Assembly (NCBI GenBank): GCA_951406725.2
Contig: OX597815.1
Coordinates: 198,524,001-198,588,000, forward strand
Length of the DNA stretch: 64,000 nucleotides
Source of the DNA: Octopus vulgaris
Taxonomy: Eukaryota
Direction: 5' to 3'
The notes beneath the pieces were generated by a model. It searched no databases. It had not been told where the DNA came from and worked only from the letters and a program-made list of their open reading frames with translations. Shown one piece after another: positions 1 through 14,399 of this stretch (the stretch's first letter is position 1; every line of letters begins with the position of its first letter). The position numbers and the translations under genes are program-made.

Positions 1-1126
1 AAAATTTATATCGTTTCTCTTTTCTTTTTATATATTTACAAAGTGTGTTTCATTATATATTCCTTTTATATTTATCAACATCTTTAAAGACAAGACATTT
101 ATTTGGGTTTCTTTTTTACGTTGGTTCTGTTTGTAGCTAGTCATGGCAGTTTTCGATTAGGCTTTATGCGATATTTTTGAATATCACACTGAATATAACG
201 TCTCTAACTGCATGTGTTTATGGTACATATATTTCGGACAGCTTATTGGAGTGTATTCTAAATGCAGTCATTAATTTTCTTGTTTTTAATCTGTCTAGAC
301 TTGCGAATCGATTTTGCGTTCACTTGAGAATATTTTAACTATAACTTATTAGAGTAACAGTTAGAGTATTGATGCCTATTTAAAACGAAGCTCCACAGTC
401 TACCAACATGTAAGGAATCACGTTCCAAAGAATGCAAAGTATATAGTCTTTGAACTATGACCCCCGACAGCTATAGGTTTCATTTTCAGAGTTTGAAACA
501 ATTGTGAACTAAAGATTGAATATAAAGATATTCTTGGTCTGTTAGTGTCTGCTCAACGAGATCAACACATCTTACATCACCGTAGTAAATACCAGCGAAA
601 ACAAATTTTCAAACAAGTTATCAATCGAAGTTTTCTTACTCGTCTACGATGTTAATCCGTTTTGCATATGGAGGCTGCGTTATTCAGGAAACGAAAACTA
701 GATTTCCAGATAAGAACGTTCCTTTTGGTCAAAGACTGTGTCAATGGTTCTAGACCCGATTGGCAATATTCTGTACATGTTATAATATTAATCTTGATTT
801 GATAAGGCGCAAATAATGTTGCAACAATCGAAAAATGCCTTTAAAGCAAACAAGTAATCACTTGAATCTGTGCAACAACTAGCTGTCTGAAGTATTGTAT
901 CGTGGTCCACTTTCACATCTTGGATTCGATCCTGTCGAAACCTTTCGATAAGGCTTCTGCATCAGTCATAACTAGTAATTCTAATCGTTATGGTGAGAAA
1001 CGTAAAGGTTAACATGGACTTACCTCAAAAGATTTTAGAAATACTAACAACTATTATACATGTTTGAAGTGTAAATATATCAGGTTAGTGCAAACAAGTA
1101 GTGTGCCATATTCCTGGATCATGTTA

Positions 1127-1201
<75 letters not shown>

Positions 1202-1220
1202 TCTGTGTGTGTGTGTGTAT

Positions 1221-1622
1221 AGGCGCAGCAGTGGCTGTTTGATAAGAAGCTTACTGCCCAACTACATGGTTCCAAGTTCAGTCCCAGTGCTTAGCATCTT
1301 GAGCAGGTGTCTTCTACTATAGCCTCGAGCTGAACAAAGCCTTGTGAGTGGATTTGGTAGACGGAAACTGAATGAAGCCCATCAAACCTATGTGTGCGTG
1401 TATGTATGTGTGTTCGTGCGTGTGTGTGTGTATGTGTTTGTGTGTTTGTGTTTGTGTTTGTCCCCCCGCCAACGATTGACAACAGACGTTGCAGTGTTTA
1501 CGTCCCCGTCACATAGAATTAGTACTAGGGTTACAAAGTCCGGAGTCAATTTGTTCGACTAAAAGTCGTGCTCCTGTATGGCCGCAGTCAAATAAGTGAA
1601 ACAAGTTACAGAATAAAAGAGT
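1221..1622 (+). mobile_element. SINE group A (tRNA-like head, CORE-like segment, internal microsatellite, AAAGAGT-type tail)
   Basis: Head aggcgcagcagtggct...gttcagtccc (pol III A/B box-like), gagcaggtgtcttctactatagcc, internal (TG)n, tail atggccgcagtcaaat...aataaaaga; same layout as >15 other copies in the window. Confidence 0.85.
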
Positions 1623-1989
1623 ACACACACAGACACACACACACATACACACACACACACATATATTTAAAGGAAAACTCTAACCACACAATCTATCTTA
1701 TTAGAGTCACGAAATAATTTATTGTAAATATGGGAAAGGTTAAGATACACGGGGCAATGTTTCATCAGTTGGCCAGAACAAACGGTTAGGTTGCATGTGT
1801 AACGATATTTGTAATCAGACGTAAACGGGTATCACAAACACAGTCCAAGAAGGTTCGGTACACAACAGCCTATATACTATTGCAGCAGTACTACAGTAGC
1901 ATGAATTCCTGGATGTATCAAATATTTTTTTTTATATTTCAAGCTTCAATTAATATTTCAAAGTTCATACGAAAAGCGGTCATTCATCA

Positions 1990-2935
1990 AATTGCACCTC
2001 ATCATATACTATTGACTGTTGCCATCGTTGTGTCCGAAGCTCAATTCCCTGCTTATACCAATTCGCTGGCTGAAAGTCAAAACCTCTCAGCACCCGTTTT
2101 CAATCCCATCCTTATTTTTAAACCTCTGTCCGTGCAGATGATGCGCCATGGCTCAGTGAAGGTGGAAATCTGATGGTGCAAGGCCTGGGCTATAGGCAGA
2201 GTGAGGCAGTACATACAGCCTTCAAGCTTCTCAAATTAGCTCTTAGTAAAATTGGGGTAACAGTTAGCGTTTGCGATTGAACAATGTCAGTTAGCAGGCT
2301 TTAAAGAACATATACCCACTGCTGTTGTTGAACATAAAGGTTAGCATTCACTGCATGACAATCTTGGACGAGCATAAATTGCAAGAGCCCCTCAAACTTC
2401 CATCAAACAGACAATATTAGCTTCTGTTCAAAACACCCATGATTGAGAACAGGTTCTGAATCCAGGCCAAAACGAATCCACTCATTTCTCTAATTAGGTT
2501 CAGAAAAAAGGATCCATCTTACATCCCCGGTCACAATTTGACGTCAAAAACGTGCATCACGAGAATTTGCCAGGTGTTGTTGCATATGGTCGCATGTCGT
2601 TGAGCCTGGTCATTGGTCAGTTAATGAGGAGCTTCTCGACAGAATCTATTCACAAGGCTTGATTTCTGGATGTGTCGATTGGTAGAGCTTTGTGATTATG
2701 CTTGGTTGATTTTCAACCATTCCATTCAAGGTCTTAACTCCCAAAACAGTAAGTCTTCCTGACCTTCGCTTATCTTCGAGGCTGCTGTCACCATCCTTGA
2801 AATGTCTGATCCAGTGTTGTTCCCAACGTTCCACAAAAGCTCTTGGACCGTTCATACTGTTAATTTCTTTAGCTGCTGAACTTCCACAGGTTGCTTTAAA
2901 AGAATTCAGTTGCAACTCTGGAAAATAAAGAATAC
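1990..2935 (-). mobile_element. Decayed Tc1/mariner transposase remnant
   Basis: Minus-strand motifs WIRHFKDGDSSLEDKRRSGR (HTH region), RQIVTGDVRW (first D) and PHSAYSPGLAPSDFH (YSPDLAPSD motif, ~2160-2206); broken by stops and frameshifts. Confidence 0.85.
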
Positions 2936-3380
2936 ACAATTAATGTTTGCAGGTTGTGTGTGAAAACAACAATGGAAAAAAATAACATTTTATCAACGAT
3001 TGAACAGGTACTATCAAATTATAAGACGGATATACAAGTTGGCAAAAATCATCATTGAAATCCGAAGACAAATCTTAACTCAGTATGGTAACTGTGCAGT
3101 TACGTAATGAGGCTCTAGTCCCAATAACAGTAGTTGTGAATATGACCCCCGAGTATAAATGCTGAATGGACCCACATCTATGGTCGATGTACAGCTAAGG
3201 AATCATATTATAGAAGAAGTACAGCACATCATAGTTCCGCAAAAATTACTGAGATCTTTTTAATAGGAAGTTAAAGTCTGTCTGTGTTGTAGAGTTCGAA
3301 CATGAGTACCGGATATGGTTGTGGGTTGCTATGGTTAACTTTGTGTGTTAAGATACAGCATTGCATATATATATATATAT

Positions 3381-3611
3381 ATTTCTTTACTACCCACAAG
3401 GGGCTAAACACAGAGGGGACAAACAAGGACAGACAAACGGATTAAGTCAATTACATCGACCCCAGTGCGTAACTGGTACTCAATTTATCGATCCCGAAAG
3501 GATGAAAGACAAAGTCGACCTCGGCGGAATTTGAACTCGGAACGTAACGACAGACGAAATACGGCTACGGATTTCGCCCGGCGTGCTAACGTTTCTGCCA
3601 GCTCGCTGCCT
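3381..3611 (-). mobile_element. SINE group B, long-tail form
   Basis: Minus strand reads ggcagcgagctggcagaaacgttagcacgcc...gagttcaaattccgccgaggtcgactttgtctttcatcctttcgggatcgataaattgagtaccag...gccccttgtgggtagtaagaaat; flanked by gcattgcatatat / gcactgcatatat (probable TSD). Confidence 0.9.
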
Positions 3612-4397
3612 TTTGCACTGCATATATATGAGCCTGAGTATGGTTTTTGTGTGTCTTTATGGCGTGATTATGAGACGTATAATGCACTCATTCTGTTTTG
3701 TATGACCTTTTCATTATTACCTCTATAGGTGTATTTTATGTCATCTTTTCAGCCTTGAATTCCGTTGTGTCATTTTGCCAATTAATTTAATTTTTCTCTT
3801 TTAGCAGTTTATACTTTTATTATCTTCTTTTTCGTTACAACTTTCTGCTTTCCTATTTCAAATTCGCTGCTTTGCTACGACAATCACATTTGTTCGTTTT
3901 GATTAAGATTTGTAGTTATTTCACTTATTTTCCTTTAACGCTCAATAAAAGTTAACGTAGTCCTACATTAAATATTCTTTTATTATGTTATATTGGTTGC
4001 TGAAGTCTTTCAGTTCCCTATTGATTTCATTAATACAATATTTCCATATTAGGTGGCAGATATTAAACAACAATCACATTTTTTTCTTGTGATGTTGATT
4101 TGATGACTTACATCAATAACTGATATTTTTGATTAAGAAACCTATTGAGGCTATGCAATAAGAACTTTTCCTTTGTTTGTTAGGAAATCTATTGAAGGTA
4201 TTTGTATATTTTCCTTTCTTATTTCCTACATATCAATGCCATCCTATAGTGGGTGACACTTCCCTTGTTGCATATTATAACTTTATGTATTGATATTCAT
4301 ATCCCAAATATTTCTGTGTCAGCCTCTGTCCGCCGCGTTCTAAACACATTCAATACTTACTTACCGGTCATCTATTCTTATTCGTATGTACTTAAAT

Positions 4398-4800
4398 AGG
4401 CGCAGGAGTGGCTGTGTGGTTGCGGGTTCAGTCCCACTGCGTGTCATCTTGGGCAAGTGTCTTCTGCTATAGCCTCGGGCCGACCAATGCCTTGTGAGTG
4501 GATTTGGTAGACGGAAACTGAAAGAAGACTGTCGTATATATGTATATATATGTGTGTGTGTGTGTGTGTTTGTGTGTCTGTGTTTGTCCCCCTAGCATTG
4601 CTTGACAACCGATGCTGGTGTGTTTACGCCCCTGTCACTTAGCGGTTCGGCAAAAGAGACCGATAGAATAAGTACTGGGCTTACAAAGAATAAGTCCCGG
4701 GGTCGATTTGATCGACTAAAGGCGGTGCTCCAGCATGACCGCAGTCAAATGACTGAAACAAATAAAAGAGAAAAAAAAAGAGAAAGAGAAAAAAAAAAGT
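4398..4800 (+). mobile_element. SINE group A
   Basis: Near-complete copy with a short deletion in the head, internal (TA)(TG) tract and A-rich tail. Confidence 0.9.
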
Positions 4801-4829
4801 ATTATGCCTCAAGCTTATAACAGCATCAC

Positions 4830-6330
4830 TGGTGTTTGTTTAATTTACTCTTTATTCCTTTTATTTTTATTTAATGCATCTATAGCATTTATTCCTGTCC
4901 CTTTCTTATTTTGAATGTTATTCGTGCGCTAGTTGCTTTCATCAATCATGGCCTTGTAATTCTGACGCATTTGTATGGTTGCATCCTTATAATCTCTTGT
5001 TTTTGCTTCTTTCTCCAACATAATATTATGTGATTTACCAATTTTCCTATTTTGAAATTTGCTTGGTGTATTCTTCCGATGCGCATTCCATATCAGCTTC
5101 TCCAGTTTATCCCAGGAAATTCTATGAAAGCGTTTTCTGTTTCTTACGTCTTTATTGAACAACTCGATGGCATTTATCAACAAAATATGGTTAATAGTTG
5201 TCTTCTAGTACATGCATTTCCGTCCTGACAATTTTAAAGACTTGGTTTAGTGAAATATGGGAGCAACAATCAGAAAGAACCAAAGACATCGTATCCTTTA
5301 GTAATAGGATACTATTTCATCCTTTAGTAATAGGATTACTATATCATCTCAAACGAAGGAGAGGGGCCTTCTCCGTCCGGGTTGCGGATCCGTGGAATAA
5401 GCTGCCAGACGAGATGGTGAAGATGCCGACGACCGCTCGGTTCAAAGTCTCCCTTGACCTCAAGTGGCCTGAACTCCTTACATGTCCCCCTACAGGGCCT
5501 TGTTTTTTGCTTTTTGAGCCAAAAAATGATCTAACTAACTAACTAGTCTTTTAAAAAGGATGCGATATATTTTCTTTATTCTATTGTTTGAATTTCCAAA
5601 ATTTTTACTCATGCATGAATAAACACATTTAATGTCTATACTTAATAGTTAAGGTACTTCAAATATTATCTATATTTCCCAGTGTCCGATTATCACCGTC
5701 TCTGCCTTTCTGCTCGCCAATCCATGCCAGATTTTAAAAAAATATTGTTTCATTCTGCAGTCTCGGGTTAGAGATTCGTTAATCAGTAATTGATTTTTAC
5801 AACCATATATGACATGGCGGCATCCCATTATGTTTTCTGAAAGTGAGTATTTCTTCCGATGAATTATTTATTGCCTACTATTATATTACGTTTTGAATTT
5901 TGTGAGTTGCTGCACAGGGGTTATGAGCCATTCATGGTTTTTTTTTACTGCTTTTTCAACAGATCATTAAATATTTCTGCCTGTTCTCTAAGTGTGCCTG
6001 TTCAATAATTCATGGAGAACTATTTCATTGTATCACATCCTGGTTCTTCCCTCTATTTCATTTTATGTAGTGTCCGGGTCAGTTTCTTGATGTAATAGTA
6101 TTTTATTCATTCGTTCAGGTAGTGCACCTATCTTGAACATTTACTGCCCATGTACACTTCCCTTATCTTGTTTCTATTTTCTTTAGCTCTGTTTTACCTT
6201 CTGTTTTTAATCACTTTGTTTTTCATAGAATCGAAACTTATAAAATTTAGCATAGATTTATTCCGTCAAGTTAACTTCAATACTACTTTCGCGTTGAGCT
6301 TTAAGGATATTTCTTTTTCATTGTTCATAT
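4830..6330 (-). mobile_element. Highly decayed LINE (APE endonuclease/linker-like), interrupted by a CR1/L2-like 3' end
   Basis: Minus strand is purine/lysine-codon rich, with a WIGEQKGRD...EIDNI-like segment near 5660-5725 resembling the end of an APE domain; weak. Confidence 0.35.
5345..5545 (+). mobile_element. 5'-truncated CR1/L2-like LINE 3' end
   Basis: HLKRRRGAFSVRVADPWNKLPDEMVKMPTTARFKVSLD matches the CR1/L2 ORF2 C-terminal FSxRVxxxWNxLP...FKxxLD motif; ends in a (CTAA)3 tail. Confidence 0.8.
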
Positions 6331-6332
6331 TA

Positions 6333-6558
6333 CAGTAATCCCTTGCCACACGGCGGTTCACTTATCGCGGTTTATTAATTAAGCATACGTCGATTCCTCC
6401 ATGGTGTTGACATGCATGTGTAGTAAAATAGATATACACAAATTATAAGAATAATTTTTTTAAAATATATAAGGTACAGTACTGTTTCTACTTCACGGAT
6501 TTTCACTTATTGCGGAGGGTTTTGGAACGTAACACCCGCGATAGTCGAGGGATTACAG
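6333..6558. mobile_element. Tigger/pogo-type MITE
   Basis: TA|cagtaatccct...agggattacag|TA: imperfect terminal inverted repeats with TA target duplication, no ORF. Confidence 0.8.
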
Positions 6559-7096
6559 TAGGTTATAACGTATTTATGATATTTAAGATTACTTCAAGTC
6601 GTATCGTCTGTCTTCTAGACTAAGAATTTAAAATGACTTTACTATAATATTTTCCAAACTAACAGTGTATTCTATCTCTTTGGCTTACTTATTGTAAAAC
6701 TACATTGATCATTTAATATATAAATTATATTCACGATTTTCTATTTTGTTTCTTAAACTCTAACTTAGCTTATATCACTGGATATGTATATTTCACCATA
6801 TAAAAAGATCTTGTTATGTATATTACTGATGTTTTCTCTAATTTCCGCTGGCAGTTATGAGTGGATTTTCTAACAGATCGTTTAAATAATCCCCTATGCT
6901 ATTTCGAGCAACATCGTGATTGATCACATATGTTTATTAGTTTAATACTTGAGAACTGCAGCTGAATTCTTGAAGCGTCAGAGAATAAAACCATTACGAC
7001 AGATCAAATACGATGTTCACTCATTATAATATCCAATATAAGAAAAATGTACATTATAAAGACTTAGATTTGGGAAATTTGGTAACATTAGTATTA

Positions 7097-7250
7097 TTTC
7101 CTTTATAGGCACAAGGCCTCAAAGTTTGGGTGACCATAGTTCGAAGTGGTGCTTATAAGATCCAACAAGGATGAAAAGTAAAATCGATCTCAGAGGGTAA
7201 AAGCGGACAAAATGTCCGTCGTGCTAACGATTCTGCCAGCATACCGTCCT
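7097..7250 (-). mobile_element. Decayed SINE group B (short-tail form)
   Basis: aggcacaaggcc...aaggatgaaaagtaaaatcga...gtgctaacgattctgccagc. Confidence 0.65.
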
Positions 7251-7304
7251 TCTCAGTAATATTTAATATTGGCTTTGAATTTAGGCACAAGGCACTCATA
7301 TTCG

Positions 7305-7485
7305 TTATCATCATCATCATCATCATCAGTGGTGGTGGTGATGGTGGTGGTAGTTATGGTGGTGGTGGTGGTGGTTGTGATGGTGGTAGTGGTGGTGCTG
7401 GTGCTGGTGCTGGTGATGGTGGTGGTGTTGGTGATGGTGGTGGTGGTGGTGGTGATGGTCGTGGCGGTGATGGTGGTGGTGATGT
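7305..7485. repeat. (TCA)n then degenerate (GGT)n microsatellite
   Basis: Direct reading. Confidence 0.95.
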
Positions 7486-9407
7486 AGGGGATTGGGGTGG
7501 CCTTGTTGGTTATGTACGCAAACGTCTTATTGAAGCTAGTCAGTCGGTCCTGTTTTTATGATCAACATTCAAGTCGAATCCAAGGTATTGAGCACAGCAA
7601 GGAAAAATATCCATTATTATATGAAAAGGTTTTCTTTCACTGCGTATATACGTCTAATGCGTAAATCAAGACTAAAGAAGGGTGGGTGCGAGTGAGAGAT
7701 AATCATGTTATTGATTGCGTTCCGTGATTGACTATATTTCTGTGACAATAAATATTTTATCAAGTCCATTCTTTCAAAGCCTTTGATTTTAAAGAGAGTA
7801 TTGATATCACTTTCTACTTTACGCACTCGTGTTGGAGTAAACTACTCGTGTCTTTTTTAAATGTGAAAGCTGAGTTGAATTATATATTTGTTACACTATC
7901 AATATTCTTTGCAATGTCTGAATGAGGTATAATATTCTATACTTTGTGACATTGTTCAATGTCCTTTGTATCATATTTTACACGCATAAGAAAACAACGA
8001 TTTCTCATGAATATCTTTATTTGAAAGGCTGGCATTGAAACCTTTCTACATTTCTCTTCAGTTTTCCTTGTTTACTTGTTTACTAATTTATTGATTTTAT
8101 TCTATAAGTTGTTTCCACGAGAGTATCTGAGACTGAAATATGAAATAAAATATCAGTATTTACTTGTCTCCACTTGGTGTCATTTCAATTCACTTGTGCC
8201 ATCAGTTCATTTTCCATGTAAAACAAGAAAATTCACGAAGTTCGCATCATTACAACTTACAGAATCTTTTCTTAATACAAATTCTATTCAAACTCAACGA
8301 CTAACATACTTGCTTCCTCTAATCTTACAATGTTTCTTACTTTCTATAATATGAATGTATACACATATCTGTAGGTCAATATATTTTCACGTAAGTATCT
8401 TACATTGCTCTATAGGTCTAGCAATATCATGATTTCCTTCATTATATATTTTTTTTCCTAATTGTCACTACTTTTGGCAAATCGCCATTATACTATAAGA
8501 TCAGGTGAACTGTTTTCTATGGCAAACTAATAGGCGGCTTTCTGATATTGTTTACTAAGAGTTGGCTACAAACCACGAGCAAACTTAACTTGATATACTT
8601 CATGCTTTGTATTTGTCTTCGCTCAGCAAATATATGAAATGTCTGGACTTACGTCTGTAGTTGCTATGTATTTTGGCCGGGTCAATGATTTAATTCTCCT
8701 TTAAAAGTTCGATAGTAGTAGTTCTTTTAATCGTCACTATCAACATAACAGTAGCGATAACGAACCATGGAAAAAGAGATATCAGATATACATTATATAT
8801 CGCCTTCAACATTTTTCATACTAATTTAATAAAATATTTTATAATATAAAATAGAAGTCTATGAATAGAACTATGTTGGTAGAGATGTTGTTTACCCTGA
8901 AGTCGTCACTTATGGTACAGACTTAAGATTGATATTATAGTAGACATATCTGTTTCGTGTTAAGCTGTATCTAAGAGTACATTGTTTTGTTTTTGATGCC
9001 GATTTCAAGACATTGACACGTGCGTTAACTGGAATTTAGGGTCTAATTAAAAAAGATCAAGCTTCAAAATAATAATGATTTTTGCTCGGATAAACTGAAT
9101 TTAAATATGATATTTATAAGTTGGGAATCGAGAAACGTGTAGCAAACCATACCCGAACTGATGTGTATGTATGGTTTGGCGTCTACACACACACACATGG
9201 ATACATATATATTTATGATGCAGCACGGACTTTGTCAGTGAACAGGTCGCGGATTTTAGCGACGAAAATATTTTGACAAATTAAACTTAAATGTTGGAGT
9301 GAATCGAACGGCTTTTGTGTGTTTCTTAAATGGCTTATAAACACCTTCCACGCTGCAATTGTTTTCGTTTCAGCACACGATCTCAGATCAAATTACTTGC
9401 TATGCGA

Positions 9408-9469
<62 letters not shown>

Positions 9470-9676
9470 GGCGGTGCCCCAGCATGGCCACAGCTCATAA
9501 GCTAAAACTAGAATCAATCAATCAATCAATCAATCATATATATATATTTATTCATATATATATATATATATATATGTATGTATATATATATACCTATATA
9601 CATGTATATATATGTATATATATACATACACACATAAACACACACACACATATATATATACATATAATATATATAT

Positions 9677-9750
<74 letters not shown>

Positions 9751-9752
<2 letters not shown>

Positions 9753-10130
9753 GAAAATGGAGAAAACCACATTAACCAACACATCGTTTGGACCACATTT
9801 ATAGCTTATTTTTTCATACAAAGCATGATATGGAAAAGTAGGTGATGTATCAAATCTTACGGCCGTTACTGATCGTATTGCCAAAATACAGTTTTTTCAT
9901 AAATGCGAGAATAAGGTATCAGCTATAAATGTGGTCCAATCAGTGTGTTGGTTAATCTGCGGTTATGTCCATTTTCTAATTAGTTGCATTGATTAATGAT
10001 AAACTCTTGTTTATCCAGTTGTTACCTGCATTATACGTGCCCGGGGATAATCGATTAATTTTAATTGAACGCCTACTTTGGGTAGAAGGTTAAAGCCATA
10101 CGTGGTTGTCGATCTCATCCATTCTTTTTA
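9751..10130. mobile_element. (TA)n-associated repeat with inverted ends, probably a Penelope-like pseudo-LTR fragment
   Basis: 9751-9806 is an imperfect reverse complement of 9921-9978; starts directly after a long (TA)n. Confidence 0.5.
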
Positions 10131-10218
10131 TAGCTACATACATACATACATAGAAACACACCCACTCATTTTTGCCTATACGCGTATATACATACACATA
10201 CATATACACACATATATA

Positions 10219-11223
10219 GGAAGTGGTATCAAAATGTTCCAGGGCTCGTGAGAGCTAGCAATGATCTTCCAGCGGCAGTGTGTTGGGTGGCACCGCTGTG
10301 TTTACTTTGTAAGTTGTGAAATTTGTGTTTTAGTGATCACGTGTGCGCAGTTGTCGGCGATTTTATCATGGACCGGAACAAGGAACTAACGTTAGATTTT
10401 GTGTTGAATTTGGGAAGTCTGCTACTGTGAAATTCAACATGATTCGCCAAATATACACCCACATGGCAATTGGTCGTATGCAATGTTTCGAGTGACACAG
10501 GCGTTTCAAAAGCGGGAGAACACCTGGACGATGATGAGCAATCTGGACAACCTACCACGAGGGTCACTCCTGGAAATATGGCATTGCGCAGCGAGAATTC
10601 ATCACTCAGGGCCAGATTGTCAATATTCCAACGTCGCTTCATATATTGAAACTTCTGGTAAATTTCTGTGCACTTTACATCGGAGAAACAGGCAATGCCG
10701 TTGCTAATCGCTTTCGAACACACTTTGGAATCACCTTCTTACGAACACAGGGGCAATCCATTACCACCCATCATTCCACTACCCGTTTCTCTGAGTGCTT
10801 CGTATCTGCGTCATATCGACAAAACGAAAAAGATGTTTTGAACCGTTTATGGGAGGGTGTTCGGTGAAAGCAACAAGATCTGTGCAGCACGAAAAATTCT
10901 CATTCGTGAGTTTCTCGCTAAAAACAATATATCACCCCATTCACCAGATTTAGCATCTGTGAACTTCTATCTCTTTCCCAAGATAAACTTGCAAGCTCAA
11001 AAGTTGCCGTTTTAATACTGTTGTCGAGGTCCAGAGTAATTCACTAAAGATCCTCGACTACAGAAAACGACTTCAGGCCGGATTCCAAAAGAGGCAGCAA
11101 CACTGGGAATGATGTATTTCTGGTGAATGTGACTATTTCGAGGCAGATGATGTTAAAATTTAAGTAAATAAGTTATTAATTTATTAAATATAACTAATCC
11201 TGGAACATTATTATACCACCTCG
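10219..11223 (+). mobile_element. Internally deleted mariner element with both TIRs
   Basis: TA|ggaagtggtatcaaaatgttccagg ... cctggaacattattataccacctcg|TA; remnants LDDDEQSGQP, GIAQREFITQGQIVN, KDVLNRLWEGVR and HSPDLASVNFYLFPK of mariner transposase. Confidence 0.85.
10623..10832 (+). mobile_element. Penelope-like GIY-YIG endonuclease fragment inside the mariner
   Basis: CALYIGETGNAVANRFRTH (YIGET...RF.EH motif); homologous to 14448-14637. Confidence 0.7.
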
Positions 11224-11702
11224 TATGCACACACGCAGACACGCACACATACACAAACACAAATTAGTAAGGCTATTCGCAATTTACAAGCGAAAGGTAA
11301 GTATACTCGTCACTTAAACGGACGGAGGGTGCCAGTTAGTGGTGTCACGAGGCTAAGTTATTTTGACTGTTATTTCTAGCAATGATGGTGCTGACTAACA
11401 CCCTCCGTCATGTGTGTGTGTGTTTGCGTAAACGTACGTATATATTTGATTTTTCGTGTGTTGTTGCGGATCCACGTAGTTTGGTGTCTGACAGTTTTTA
11501 CTTATGAGGCATTTATTAATGTGCCGTAACGACTGCAAAAATATGGAATATTTCGAATGATAAAAGTCGGTCAACATCTATTTGCTGAAATTTAAAGATT
11601 TATTTTATTTATAATTTTTGTAGAATCATGTATTTTGATACGTATGTAGGTTGATAACAAAAAAAAAAACATCATTTGTGAAACTGACTCTCCGGGGCTT
11701 TC

Positions 11703-11774
<72 letters not shown>

Positions 11775-12115
11775 TGTGTGTGTGTGTGTATGTGAGTGTC
11801 TGTTCGTCTGTGTTTGCATGCAAGACTTCATATAGAGGATCATCGTAAGTGAACACAAGAAATATCTCTGTTATGAGAAACCTACGTGTTGCTGAATCGC
11901 ATGAAGTTTGGTATTGAATAAATGAAATAGCTTCAACAACAATGATTTTAATACAGTAATGTATGCTGTTCTCCTCATATTTTTCAAACCTATCTGCTTC
12001 CAGATTTCTTTTCTCCCGAGCACACTCGCTCTGCTGTGGATTTGCTGCGAACCGATCTCTGTCACGCCACTCAAATACAAGAGTTCCCTATATATAAATA
12101 TAGTATATATATAGA

Positions 12116-12189
<74 letters not shown>

Positions 12190-12375
12190 ACATACATACA
12201 TACAAGTATATATATACATATATATATATACATATATATATATAAATATATATACATATATATGTATATATATATATATATATTTATAAATATATATGTA
12301 TGTATATATGTATATAAATGCATGTATGTATATATGTGTATATATATATGTATTTATTTATACATCTGTGTGTGC

Positions 12376-12426
<51 letters not shown>

Positions 12427-13346
12427 CACACACACACACAAATTAAGATAGATAGATGTGTGTGTACGTATGTGTGTATATGTATGCCTCTGTGTGTGTG
12501 TGTGAGAGAGAGAGATTGTGTGTGTGTGTGTATGTGTGTTTGTGCGTGTGCGTAACTGTCTTCACCTACTTTGGCATGATTTAAATGGATATCTTTCGAA
12601 AAGCGTCAAGATACACATTCTCTCGCTGGCAAAAAACACTTACAATACTCAATATGGTTAATGTCACCTCTCATGTAATATATATTATCCACTTCAATAG
12701 GTTACTCTTGTGTGAAAATGTTTCCCCGCGGGCAGACAATAATTTATATTGAGTGAATTATATAAATGTAGGTATTGCATTGAAGCATATACACTGTTGA
12801 TATATATTGATATATATTGTACAACGATATAACTTGTGTTACAGCGCTATGAAGAATGTGCTTAAGACTACATTATTTTGAGATCTGCAGGAATATACCG
12901 ATGAGAAGGATTTCGTATTTGCCCCATGGGAATCATTTATATCTTTAAGGCAAATGTGGTCACGATATGCGTGTAAAAGAGTCAAGATATGGATACAGCA
13001 CACCATGTTAATTCGCATAAATTACACACTGATGCACGCAATCTCATACACAGACACTTACAGAGATACACCCACGTACACACACATGCACACAAACACA
13101 CACACACACACTTACACACAAGTCTTCCTATACATCTGTGTGTGTGTGTGTGTGTATGTGTGTGTGCACGATTGTAAATGCATGTTATTTTGTGATTGCA
13201 TGCTGCATGTCATGTGACGCTGGAAAATGTATTATGAAGTACATTCAATGGCATTCATAGGATTAGAAAATTCTTCCTAGTACTGGAGATATTTCTGACA
13301 TCATTAGATTTATGTACATAGAAATCTATCTATCTATCTATCTATC

Positions 13347-13429
<83 letters not shown>

Positions 13430-13458
13430 CATGTCTATATATGCACATACATACCAAT

Positions 13459-13750
13459 AGGCGCAGGCGTGATTGCGTGGTAAAAACCTAACTTCCCAAC
13501 CACACTGTTCCGGATTCAAACCAAATGCCTGGCACCTTAGGCAAGTATCTCCTACTGCACACTCGGACTGTCCGAATCCTTTTCAGTGGATTTGGTGGAC
13601 AGTAACTGTTGTATATTTATGCGTTTGTGTGAGAGAGAGAGAGAGAGTGTGCGTGTGCGTAAATTAGTGAATGTGTGTGTGGGCACATGCGTGTTTTTCG
13701 TTATATCCGTGTTTGTCCTTCCATCAACGCATGAAAGCCGGCGCTGTTGT
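13459..13750 (+). mobile_element. Decayed SINE group A
   Basis: aggcgcaggcgtgattgcgtggtaa...ccttaggcaagtatctc...gtggatttggt. Confidence 0.75.
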
Positions 13751-14399
13751 ATACACACACACACCCACCCACACCCACACCCACACACACACGCACAAAT
13801 ATACACACACATATATATGAATCACAGTCAACAAAATTAGACTTTTTACCTAGGCTTTGTAATATACATCTAATACATCTGTAGCACTTCCATTAGATCA
13901 TCCAACAGCAAATATATCCACCTGACCACCTGCTTCTACTACTAACCTATTGCTTTCCGCTCCCATGTTATCTATTCTTATTATCACTTCAAGGATTCAA
14001 AATCTGAGATCTGATTCTCAAATCCTTCCACACACTACGCATCATTGTGTCTGATTTCGAATTCTTGGGTGAGATAATGCGACATTTATTCTTGAATCAA
14101 TATTACCCGGCTTCGGTTGTGATCACTGCATTCCAACGCATCTGGGCCTACTTTGGCGCAACTTACATTCTGTGCGCATAGGTTACAGTGAATTGCTTTC
14201 CATTCACTGTTAGGTTTCACCCGCCAAAATTTCTCAGCAACTTTCTCCTATTACTTCCTAGCACAAAAAACCACTTCATTGTTTCCGATCACGTCTCTTC
14301 ACCTTCAAGATATATGGAAGTCTGGGCATTCTGATAATTAGATGCTCCATAACGCCCTGTCATACACATCTAGGCAAATTTTAAGTGTGCTCACCAACA

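Noticed and set aside
3890-3912. Partial resemblance to miR-375 (also miR-31-like at 55320 minus)
   Set aside because: Several mismatches and no supporting hairpin
13860-14380. Minus-strand KCYRC gag-knuckle-like trace
   Set aside because: Too degenerate to assign an element
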